A stretch of DNA of 62,846 bases, filler included, from Gonapodya sp. JEL0774 (lineage: Eukaryota), in NCBI GenBank assembly GCA_027604505.1. It is 2 parts of 2 records of this genome, joined end to end, with 100 filler letters (N's around TTAATTAATTAA, not from the genome) between each part and the next. Parts side by side here need not be neighbours in the genome. Positions count along the whole stretch, not along the records: positions 1 to 31,424 come from JADIIX010000200.1; positions 31,525 to 62,846 come from JADIIX010000201.1. One strand, given 5' to 3'. The notes below the pieces were generated by a model. The model saw only the letters and a program-made list of their open reading frames with translations, did not search any database and was not told the DNA's origin. Below are positions 24,631 to 35,680 of this stretch, in pieces. Position 1 is the stretch's first letter, and the number at the start of each line of letters is the position of its first letter. The position numbers were made by a program, and so were the translations under genes.

Positions 24631-26950
24631 CTATAATTTGCCAGCAATCTCATCACCAGATAAGTTCCCTGCACTACAATTCCATCTCCACTCGCCCCAT
24701 CTGTACCCATCCACCATCGCCGCATGCCATGTCTCGGGTGGTGCACCAATCAAGCACGGTGAAGCCTCAGTGAGAATTTGATGCGCGCACGGGTCGGTTT
24801 GGTAATTGTACGGGTCCTTGGTGTAGTCTGGAAGATTTGCACCGCGTGACACGGGAGGAACAGCTGGCTCAAACGAATCCATTGGGACCTCGTAAATCCC
24901 GATTTCGTTCATCTTTCTGGCAAACTGGGCGTGGAAAAGCGACCATGTTGCCGTTCTGCATGGTGTGAGAAGGTGTATGCGTGGTACGAATCCCTTGAAA
25001 CCGTTCCGTGGTCGACGCAAAAGTCGGGAGAATACATTCGGCAGGAGGTCGGCCGTTACATCACCGTACAGAACGTCGGAAGCAATAATGAGATCGAAGT
25101 TTTGAGGAAAAGGTGGTTGTACGCTTTCGGTCCACACAGCGTTCAGGTTAGTCCAATCCAGCTTCCGAATGGAGCAGAGATCAGCTGCGTCATTGGTATG
25201 AATGTTGTGATTAACGTTTGCATCTGTAATCGTGGGTGGAGTGAATGACTGCTAGATAGAATAATACGAACTGGGAAATACTCACTGACGCATGGCACAT
25301 AGTCCGTTAGATATATTCTCTGCTTCACATTACTCATACTTCCTCCAACTTGGGTTTTAATGACCTTTGCTGCTGCAATTCCCGCGATTCCGACGCCGCA
25401 ACCGAGGTCGAGAACGTGTCCGCTTGAGGGTGGTGGTAGTGGGATTCTGCCGGTCAGAATTAAACTGCATGGTAGTACCGTGACACGATTAGATGCATCA
25501 TAGTTTAGTCCAATTCTTAAACCGCGCCCGCAACCTACTGCGACAGTATAAGCCCAGCACCCCATGTTTCAAGGCCAAAAGTCTCCCCTGGAACTGAAAT
25601 CTCACGAATTTGTATGGCGACGGAGTTGGTGGCAGTGGTTTTGAAGTTAAAGATCCTCTGTACAATGTCAAAGGACAAAGCTGGAAGACGTCATCATTCT
25701 GGGCTGAACCCACAAGAAAGTACCAGTGACACACCATCAATGCGGGCGCGCAACGAAGATGCTTGGCGGATCAGTGTCATCTTGTCCCTGACGGCGTTGT
25801 CACCGGCCACTGCGTGTCGTGGGGCGGCAGAGAGCTTCGGCTTAGACTTCCGGCTCGTGATTTCTGCGATTTCCGCTGACAAGATAGCGTAATCCTCATC
25901 CCCACTCAGCAGATTTGCAACTTGTACCAAGCTGACTTCCGGACTACCAGAGTCAGATGGGACGTGGTCAGAGTTCAGTCGGGTCAACGCATCGTCCAGT
26001 AGCGCCAGAGCAGCTCTTTTGAAGTCGCAAACGAGTACCGGATCAACTGATAGAGCACCGTCTTTGACACCTTGTAAAGCCATCGTTTCAAATCGCTCGA
26101 GAAGGTGCGTGATGTGCCATGCGGGATGGAATGACTGTAAGAATGGTCCATTCGACTGACCCTGGGCAAAAGATTGGGTGACGTCTTCGAGGCGTGCTGT
26201 TACTACCGCGATGAGGCGGTCTAGAAAAGATTCCGAATCGGTGCTCATCGTTGAGTTAATATCGAGGAGTGTCCGGGTTCCGCTAACCGCCTGCCCGGGT
26301 CGCTCCGAGCGAAACCATCACAATAGGCTGGGCTCCGGCCCACTCGACCCCTCCGTCAACTCAGGAGTGCCCACGCCTCCACAGAGTGCCAGGATACTCC
26401 ATAAGCACTCCGCACCACTCCGGATACACTCTCTATGCCTCGCTATGTTAAAAAAGGGTTCATTTCTGACTTCGTTGGAAACCCTCCGCATATTTGCCAG
26501 CACATCTTCCAACAGCTCTCTGGAACGCTGAAACCACAAAAAGGTACAGCAATTGAAGCATCAGGTCTATATGTCATCATGACTTCATGTCGATCTTCGC
26601 CAGTTGAGTCTTGTCGGAAACCACCTAACATCCATCCCTACCAAGTACCATGAGCGGGCCCAGAGAACCATCGAATCCTACAACATTGCATTCTAGGAAG
26701 GGCCAGTTGGTTTATCCGTGATCTCCATTCCCGGAAAACATCGGTCGAAGCGATGTCTCGGAGACACCTGTACCTGTACCTGGATAACTGTCATGGTACT
26801 TTCGAGAGAGTTCTAGAATTCCGAGAACAATCGATTTCTCAAATTTGATGCTCGGTGAAGAGTACCGCTGTTCGGCGGGACTCCTTCTTCCAATCCATCA
26901 AATCTGTCCATCAAATCCGCCACCAGCAAAACGATTGCAAGCAGCATCCC
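24631..26950 (-). CDS. Methyltransf_16 (METTL21/Efm-like) protein methyltransferase with N-terminal helical region; 5' end uncertain
   Basis: VLDLGCGVGIAGIAAA, IYLTDY and the family-16 signature FDLIIASDVLY. Upstream exons at 25694-26539 are on the same strand. Confidence 0.75.
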
Positions 26951-27459
26951 GCCGAACTTTTCTTTGACTATCGCAATCACTGCAATGGGAAAGAGGACGT
27001 GAGTGAAACTCGACCTTTACTAGCTGCCGTTTGGTTGGGGGAAATGTGATACTAACAGGTGATATAGTAGTTCCAGGGTTGGCAGATACAAGCAGATAGA
27101 CCTTCCAGGATTACGCTCAAATTATCCGGGACTTGAACTTGGTAGGTTGGTTTATGTCTTGACAGAAGTGGGCTCTACATTATTCTCACTTATACATTTC
27201 TAAGACCTATGTGCTCCACAAATCCTGCGACGTGAGTCGTGAACGAACACCCACGGGATCACTTTCAGGACTCTTTCTTTGGATATTATAACGACAAGTA
27301 AGTCAGTCGGAACTATCCAGGTATTGGGCATGATTTACGGAAACAGGTTCGAGAGTGGTGAGCTAGGATATTCTGTAGCTACTTGATTTTCATGTTCATT
27401 GTATACATTGTATACAGTAATACAAAATACTCTCAATAATTAGATAGAAACGTTTCTGA

Positions 27460-27672
27460 GTAGCTGGAGGCGATTGGAGTCATTCGGAGCTGCGTTGGGG
27501 AGTTGCAAGGGATGCAACAACAGCCTCTCCGGAGTCGCAATTGAGGCAAAAAGTCAACTCCAGAGTAGGGGTTCTGGAGTCCGGACACTCCGTAGCCTTC
27601 GTCTACTCCCGGTCCTCCGGAGTTGTGGGGAGTGGTTTGGAGTTGATCGGGAGTGGGCCGGAGACCAGCCAC
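27460..27672. repeat. GGAGT/ACTCC-rich tract, probable MITE or DNA-transposon end remnant
   Basis: A dozen or more GGAG(T)/(A)CTCC motifs in both orientations within about 210 nt of intergenic DNA; only a weak 7-nt terminal inverted match and no clear TSD. Confidence 0.45.
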
Positions 27673-27755
27673 GGTTTCCCGATGTCCGGGAATTGATTCA
27701 AATATTTCATGAGGTCGCTCCACATCGTTTGAAATCATTACAGATACACAATTCT

Positions 27756-29364
27756 TCATCGGCTAATCCCACCACCATCCACAACAAACTCAGCGGCGTT
27801 GGCAAAGCTACTTTCATCAGACGCCAAGAACAAAACGAGGTTGGCAACTTCCGTCACTGAGCCCGACCGCTTGACCAGGTTTCCTTTCTCCAATTCTTGA
27901 TTGAGGGGAACGTCATCTTCTGTGAACATGCCAGCGCGACGGGTGGCATCAGTGCGAATCAGCCCTGGGTCTGGATGGGGAATCATGACTTGTGGTTAGC
28001 TGATTGAACAGCCATAGTCCATTCAGATACTCGGCCAACGATCTGATTGCACTCACGGACAGAGTTGCACCTGATCTTGTAGCCTTTTTGAGAGCACAAA
28101 TCGGCGAAGCACTTTGACATTCCACGAACCGCCCATTTCGCTGTGGAGTATGAAACGATCCACCCAATTCCTACCATTCCAGCTCGAGATGATATGTTCA
28201 CAATAGAGCACCATTCCTGAGTCAATATAAAATATCATGAAAATGCAGATCCAGGAAACCAGATTCACTCACGGTCGCTTCGTTCTTCTTCATTGAGCGA
28301 ATAGCGTACTAAATCATGCGGGTGCCATTTTATACACGCCTATTAATCCTGGTTGAATAGAGCAAGTTCGAACCTTGTGGCCCAGGAATACTCCTTCAGT
28401 ACAAACTGCCTGGGTGGCTTTCCATTGCTCCAGGGTGAGGTTCTCGGCGCCACCGATGGCAGGCTCTGTCACAGAATCATAGACAGCATTGTTGATCTAC
28501 TCATAACGGGAGACCAGGAGATGGTCAGGAATGAGCGATGCTAATGAACTCGAACAAGGTCTGTTACCAAGACATCGAGGACCCCGCTTTGTAAGTCGTG
28601 CAAAGAAGAGTTCATGAAAAAATGAGCATGCCTGTTGTTGCACTTTCGTCTTGCCATAACCCACAGGCGAGCCTCCACCCTGGATCGCACAAGGCGCGGG
28701 CAGTTGGTATGGTCGGGATCTCCATCATCGCTTTCATAAGTTACAATGCCACCTACTCAGTTATCGCAGCATCCCATGCCTCTTCAGTCCTGACGTCACT
28801 GTTGGTGGAGATCGGTGAAAGCAAACAACTAAGAACCCATCGGCAAACAAACAATTCCTACAGTGGAACCCAGATGGCCTTTCCGCCCTCCGCCTCAATC
28901 ATGGCCACTACAGCTAAAATGCGAAGAAAGGTCGGAGGTCTTGCATCGCGTTTTGAGATTGAGAACGAAACATGTGGCTTTCACCTTTCCCATCTTTCTC
29001 CTTTTCGGGAAGGTCGGAAATCGCCACCTGAGCTCCTTCTCGTGCCATCACCATGCCAAATTCTCTACCGAGTCCCCTACTGGCAGAGCCGGTGATTAGG
29101 GCGACCCGGCCCCTGCCCTAACTCATTCGCATCATCGATTGGGAGTGAAGACTCAGTAATACACCCGGACACTCCCTTGAACGGGGAACTACAGGACACC
29201 AACTGTCGACTTGTTTATCATCCTTGATCCGGAAACAGTCATCACCGTAGTTCCGTCGAATTTAATTGTTAAAAACGATGTTTGAAACCCTGCGTGGGCA
29301 TCGGAGCTCCCCTGTGGCCAAGTCACCCACCCGTTTCTGAATCTCGAACCGTTTTTCCTGACAT
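27756..29364 (-). CDS. Classical short-chain dehydrogenase/reductase (3-alpha/20-beta-HSD or cyclopentanol dehydrogenase-like); many short exons
   Basis: VALITGSASRGLG, LDVL-INNA, SIVNISS, catalytic YSTAK, IRCNSVHPGLIRT and EVANLVLFLASDESSF...FVVDGG. Confidence 0.92.
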
Positions 29365-29638
29365 TTATTCTTGAACAGTTAAATTGTAGTTTCTCAAAAG
29401 CTTTGCTCTTTTTTGTAGTGTCGTCGACTCTCGATTCATCACATTATATAAATCAAACTTGAAAACTTGTGATGTGTCATATTGAAAGTGCCATCGCTTC
29501 TCGCATACGGCGGGTATTTCAGTGTTGAGTTCATTGGTGGGGACCCCGTCTTTTGTGTACAAATGATTAAGCGAGATTCACAATGACGACTGACAAGTCG
29601 TGGAATATAGAAAGGCTCCTGCGCGTCCGGGTGCGGCA

Positions 29639-31424
29639 CTATGAAGCTTCACCGCTATCATCGAATTCCTCTGCCGGTGTATCCTGCATTCCAAAAACAC
29701 AAATGTGAGCACTTTGCGAAAATCTCACACTGAAATCTCCGTCTCCACCAACGTACCGGAAAGCCCACATCCCAAAATCCCGGTGGCGTCCCCGGGGGTT
29801 TATGCACGTGCCTGTGCCTCGACATGCGATTCTGCCGTTCTGCAGCGGTAGCAGCAAGGCGGGGTGGTCCGCCTGGAATGCGTTTCGCGTCAGGGAAGTT
29901 GGCGGGGTCAAGTAAGCCAGAAGTCGCTGCGTAGAACTAGCAGAAGGCAAGGATGTCCGGTGATTGTAGACAACGTCGCTTCCACGCAACAATATATCCC
30001 AGCATCCTCACCTTGCGGCAGCAGGGACAATCCACCCCGTGCATCTTCTTCCTCTCCTCCCTATTTCTCACCACCTCCGCAAACTTGTATGTCGGCTCCA
30101 CCGTCGCAAAACGTGGAGCCTGACCCTGTCGTGGTTCCTCCCTATCGTCCGTGATCCGTTCTCGATTCCTTTCGATGACTTGGAGTGGTCTGTTGGGAGC
30201 AGGGCTCGGAGATCCTGGCCCACTCGTGCCCTGAACCAGAGCACTCTCCCCTCCGCGTGTGGTGTCCGCGTCTTCTTCATCGAAGTCAGATATCACGAGC
30301 GGCCGCACTGCTTCAAACGTGGTGGCCCCCCGCGTCCCCATGCCACTCTTGGCCCCCCGTTCTAACCCAGCCGCACTCTCTGCGTGCTCCAAATCAGCGT
30401 CGCTCGAAAAGATCCCCCTACCGGCCACACCAGTCATAGTCGAGCTAGTCCCCGTTTTCGCTCTCCTCGTGAAAATTTCAGGACTCCCCGTCCCATCCTC
30501 GGAAGTTCCCACACCCATCGATCCAATTACCTTCACGTGACCACCAACGGGTCCCTGAGCTTCACCACGTCCACCCTCGATCCTGCCGGCTCGTGGAGGC
30601 GTGGTTTCAGCGTGACTCGAGTCCCTCTTGACCTCCGCCGCGGTAACGGGCGTCGCGCTGGAGGGCTGTGAATCCTCGTACGGCACGAGCGGGACGCGGG
30701 ATCTGACCCTCTGCTGTGCTCCTGCTGAGGCTGCTGCTGCCGATTCAACGGAATACCCACCCGACATCGCCGATCCACCACCTCCCTCCACCTCCGGCGA
30801 TGTCGCGGACGAGTCCCCTCTGTCCCTCTCTCTCCCCTTCCCTCCCACCACCTCTTCCCCACCGCTTAAATCCAACCCGGCCCTCCGTACGATCGGCCTC
30901 TCCAACACACCTGCCGCGCCAGCCCACCGTTCCTCCATATCCGCTACATCCCAGCAATCCCCTTGCCACGTTTCGTCCCACGCGCGCCAGTCCTGCGTCG
31001 GCGCGGACGCTCCGACGGGGAAGGGGACCGCGGAGGTGGACGGTCTGGGGGGGACAGAAGGTGTCTCGTATAATGCCGGGTCGAGGTCGTCGGGGTTGAG
31101 AGAGTAGAGAGGTGGTGAGAAGGAGTTGGGATCGGGATGGGCATGGGAACTGTGATGGGGTGGGTCCCTCGCGGAGTTTGTCCCGAGACTGACCGGAGGT
31201 GGAGCTGGAGCACGGTCCGAGTGGAGTGCGGTTGTAGGTTGCTGCGATGATGCGGGGTGGGAGAGTTTGGGTCGTTTGGGGGCAGGGTGGGCAGAGATGG
31301 TGGTGGACGAAGCCGGTGGAAGGTCTGTAAACCAACGACCGCCGATAAGGTCAACTCCAAACAGTCTGGCAAGAGGGTAGTTCGAGCTCCCACAACCACC
31401 CATGCTCCTACTGAAACTCGGAAA
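29639..31424 (-). CDS. SAE2: CtIP/Ctp1/Sae2 DNA end-resection factor, C-terminal part (5' end cut off by the contig end)
   Basis: Spliced C-terminus EVVRNREERKKMHGVDCPCCRKFY...MSRHRHVHKPPGTPPGFWDVGFPDT has the CxxC, RHR and TPPGFW motifs of the SAE2 domain. Confidence 0.92.
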
Positions 31425-31524
31425 NNNNNNNNNNNNNNNNNNNNNNNNNNNNNNNNNNNNNNNNNNNNTTAATTAATTAANNNNNNNNNNNNNNNNNNNN
31501 NNNNNNNNNNNNNNNNNNNNNNNN
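31425..31524. other. Artificial contig linker
   Basis: 44 N + TTAATTAATTAA (31469-31480, stops in all six frames) + 44 N = exactly 100 nt. Confidence 0.98.
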
Positions 31525-31700
31525 ATACGAATATATTCTCGAACACCAACCCATTCCTCGAACACGAATACATTCAATAATCGTATTCGCATTCGTATTC
31601 GTATTCGGCCTCTCGAATGCTTAAATCAGTATTCGTAATCGTATTTTATTCGTCGAATATCGAATCGAATACGAATATTTCGAATATTCGTCATAGCATG
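31525..31700. mobile_element. Terminus of a second hAT-like DNA transposon
   Basis: Dense TATTCG/CGAATA subterminal repeats ending in ...ATTCGTCATAGCATG, the same GCATG terminus as the element ending at 1411. Confidence 0.7.
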
Positions 31701-32009
31701 ATGTAGACATCTTGAGACAATACTACAGGACTTAGTGAATGAATGTGTTATCAAGGACAATTGAAATTATAATTGTGCAGACAGATAGCCATGGGACAAA
31801 TGAGCAAGACCTAAGAGTCTCACCATTCACTCTAAGTCATGAGAAAATTCCACCTCCAGCCTGGTCATCATGCTAGATATCCCCCCCCAGGGTGGGAAAA
31901 AACAATACAGTGGTTTCTTTGTGGACTGAGGAATCATGTTTGTCCACCATTAAACAAATAACAAAACCATAAAAAGCATCTCCAAACTACTCCTAGAATA
32001 TAACCACAG

Positions 32010-32980
32010 TGCATTTCAACTTTGTAAATGAAGCACCTTCAATCTTTCAACAGCAGTCGCATTTTCCTGCTCTGCAGCCTTGTAATACCACTCCACAGCC
32101 TGCCAGAAATCCTTCTCCATACCTCTCTGGTGTAATAGCAGCAGCCAATGTAAAACAGTGCAATTGGATCTTCACGGTGTGTTACTGATTGAGGAAATTA
32201 TTGTATATAAGTGATGTTGTGTGTGCGTGAGTGCTGTGTGTACTATATATTTGTATAATAGACTGCTGCACACAGATGTGTTTGCTCGTGTGTAATATAT
32301 GAAGTTGCACAGACAAGAACGTCCAGTATCCTTGACAGATATCCTAGGTGAATGACCTTTTGGTACCATGTCCATGCTTGCTCTTCATCTTTCTTGAACC
32401 CAGAATCCATACTGGTAACAGTTACCAATAAAAAGCTGTCCTTCAGGGTCCCCATTATCTGCAGATTGTTGCCATTGATCAGCTGCCTTGCGCTCATTGA
32501 CATCACTACTCCAAAAATGCATTGATAGTAATGTCCAAGAACGTTCTTTGGTTTGGCATCACAACTGCTTGCTGCTTTCTCAAACCACTGGAGTGCAACA
32601 CTGCAAGCCAATGGTCCCTCTCAACCCCAAGACCACAACTTTAAAGTACCCCAAGCTTCAGTTGTACTTCAGCAGCATCATGATACAATTTCGCAGCCTG
32701 CAGAAGCACCTTGGGCTGATGTTCTCCAAAGTGATAACAGTCACCAAGCTTCGTCTTTGCAATTTTATCACCAGATTTTGCAGCCTCGTCAAACCATTTG
32801 AGTGCCTGCCAGATGTCCTTCACTGTTCCCACCTAATTCCAAAAGCAAAGGCCAAGTTCAAACTGGGCATCCACAAGTCCCATTTCTGCTGCTGCATGAT
32901 CATCTCAACTTGTGCTGGCACTGAGAGTGTCCTGTGTTCAACGGGGTGGCTTTTGCATTCCAAGGCATTTTGCAGATGAC
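32010..32980 (-). pseudogene. Degenerate SEL1-like repeat gene fragment
   Basis: Successive SEL1 repeats in shifting frames: QALKWFDEAAKSGDKIAKTKLGDCY, ALQWFEKAASSCDAKPKNVLGHYY, DPIALFYIGCCYY, QAVEWYYKAAEQENATA. Several frameshifts and one insertion. Confidence 0.85.
32180..32337. mobile_element. Solo-LTR-like insertion
   Basis: 158-nt AT-rich insert with TGTTA...TGACA termini and a TATATAAG box, interrupting a SEL1 repeat. TSD not cleanly preserved (ggtg vs gata). Confidence 0.5.
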
Positions 32981-33297
32981 TACCACTGACCCACTTTTTC
33001 CCCCCCTTTCCTATCGTGTGTGGTGTTAGGTCAAAAATATGGTAATTATGGTGGTCCTCTGTTAACCATTATTTTTATGGTTATTTTTCTTATTTAAGTA
33101 GTGGATAACCAATCAAATTAATTTTCAGTAGATACGGCTTTAATACCAATAGGCATAAACCCGAAAACAAAAACTTTGTTATGTGGGCAGGAATCAGTTC
33201 ATTGTGGTCTCCAAAACAACTATCCAAAATAAAACTTCTTCCTTCACCACACCACTCAAAACAAGGGTATCGTAGCTCATGCACCAGAAACCTCACA

Positions 33298-35680
33298 TTA
33301 CACTTTTGAAATACGCCTTGACGATTCAATGGACGTGGTTGTGTTCTTAATGAGCAACTTGTTCTCTGAAAAGTTCACACAAGCAGTTAAGGGAGCGACT
33401 ACACTGTCTCGTTTAAAGCACACAAACGTACGTTTAAGAGCATTAGCAAAAACTTGAAGCATCTCAACGAAATTGTCTTGAGTGTGTAGAATCTCAGAGA
33501 CAATGGAACGGCGACCTTCCAGACTGCCGGCTCGTATGTCGGAGAAATCAAACTTGGTCGCTTTCTTCATGGATGCAAGAATCCTGAGACAGAAGCGGGG
33601 CGAGTGAATTTCATAATCTTTGAAAGGAGGCACTGGAAAAAGCACATTGCAAAGAACCCACCTTTTAAGAGGCATCGTAATGAAGGTCCATACGAAGATC
33701 ACAGCCGCAATACTTAGTCCAACTACTAGGGCCACAGCTTTGTAGGCGGGAGAGAAATTTGGGACAGTTTAGGATCGAATGGATGTGTGGTAATATCTAC
33801 TGTCAAATGGCAAAGGCGCGCAACTGGGTTAAGGTCCATACCGGCAATAACAACAACCACCGTCGACCGCACGCCATCTTCTTGAAGTCTTTGTTCCAAG
33901 TACAGTGTGTCTCCGAGGAAGTCATAGAGTGGTCTACGAGGAGAATTGGAACAGATGAAAGTAGGTATGGAAACTGCCCTCACTGGTAACAAGTGTGCCT
34001 CACGCTGCAGTCACCAAGTAGTACATGAAGCCATATTTTGTCATGGATTTGAACTGGAAAATGTGGTCCCCAACCTGCCATTGTGAATCTTGGAGCTCAT
34101 TTGAGAAATTGTTTCCCGAGTTCTGGAAGATCGTAGCAGCCGAGATATTGAGCAATGGATATTCCTCGTATTTGAAGTCAAAGATGGACCGTGGAGCGTT
34201 ATTTACGACCAAAGCCTGTGATTAGGCAAGGACAGAACGGTCTGAGTCAGTGAATGTTCAACATCATCAACCAACCCAAGTCGAATTGGAACACCACCAC
34301 TATGCACCTTTTTCTGCATTGTTTGATTACCCAACCCTGATATAGCAACTATTCTCCCTCCTTGCGTCGGAACAAATAAGTATAGTAGGGAGTTGTTCGT
34401 TAGTGTTGATTTGATCGTGTCGAGGAGAAAACAAAGATTCTGAACAGTGAAGGAGTTGGATATAGTGCCGAAAGGTTGACCAGAAGGATTGAAAATGGTC
34501 ATGAACATTGTCTGTGCAAAAAAGCCATTCACTCCGACTGTTAAATCCGAGAGAAGTGCTGTCCCTTTCGGATTGGGGGAGTAAATCTTTGGGTCTTGGC
34601 GCGACGAGAACGCAAACGAAAAGTTTCCAATTGCAAGCGTAATAGGATCCCGAGTATATGCGTAGACTTGGCCACCTGTGTCGTTAACTGGACAAAAGTG
34701 CTGGCAAGTCAGGTTTGTAGCTCGGACGAGCAATGCTGAGGGGCCTCTTCCACCGAAGATGCTATTAGACATGAGGGTGAGGGAATTCGAACCCGAAAAC
34801 ATTATGTACGAAGAAGCATCGACGATCGCTAAATTGATAAAATAACGTTGGTCAACAGGAGAACTCAAACCGAACAGCAGGGAGCCAACACACAAGCGAG
34901 ATCGAAAGCCGCAACGGTCTTGTTCATGAAAGGAACTATTTTACTGTAGAGAGAGAGGAACAGTAAGATCAGTCGAATGGACAGAGATGTGCTACAACTT
35001 GATTTCAATCACTCGTAATCGGTGACATTCAGAAGACCACTTTCGAGGGCTTGTCCAAAGCTGGTCTGCGCAAAGTACACCTTCAGCAAACGTGTCAGCA
35101 GAGTGTTAGTATTATTCGATGTCAATGTTGCCAATTGTTTGTACCTGGTTTAGGTATGACTCTGCAAGTGACCAATCAAACACCGATGGGGAAAGTAGAA
35201 GCAACAAGTCCTCAAGGCTCACCAAAGGCGGTCAAAACCTTATCACTCGCATCGAAAAGTCTCGCTTGTCCAAGCGAAGCGATGCTTTTTGATGCTGTCA
35301 TGGAAATGCAGATGAATCGCTCCTAAAGTAGCCAGCTCACACTGAACCCTCCAACGGATGTTACCTTGATCGGAGGAGCTCGCAATGGACTTATTGTTGG
35401 TGCTCACGCCAAGCCACACTGTTACAATAGCAACCGAGGAGATACTGTTCCATTTTGTGTGGGTACAGTTCACCTATTTGGAGACGCTTGTTGTGACAGG
35501 TACAAACCTGACAGTTACCATCAGCACTATGAGTGTCCTCAAGGACAGAGACCATTCATTCGACTTTCTATCTATCGGTGAAGGTGCTTTATTCGCATTG
35601 GATGCTGAGGATGCTCCACTACCGGAGACATCACCGGCCGCAAGCGACGATTGCTTCATTGAGGTCGTTGGGGTTGGCAT
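33298..35680 (-). CDS. Two-TM receptor-like protein: TM1, extracellular Cache-like region, TM2, HAMP-like domain, no catalytic domain
   Basis: TM1 LSLRTLIVLMVT..ISSVAIVTVWLGV; roughly 350-aa extracellular region; TM2 VALVVGLSIAAVIFVWTFITMPLKR; HAMP-like ILASMKKATKFDFS...SIVSEILHTQDNFVEML; stop at 33298. Confidence 0.65.

Noticed and set aside
31425..31524. TTAATTAATTAA palindrome inside Ns as a biological site, and any gene cluster spanning it (e.g. CtIP with the Abraxas-like gene)
   Set aside because: Exact 100-nt six-frame-stop linker used to concatenate contigs; the two sides are not known to be adjacent.
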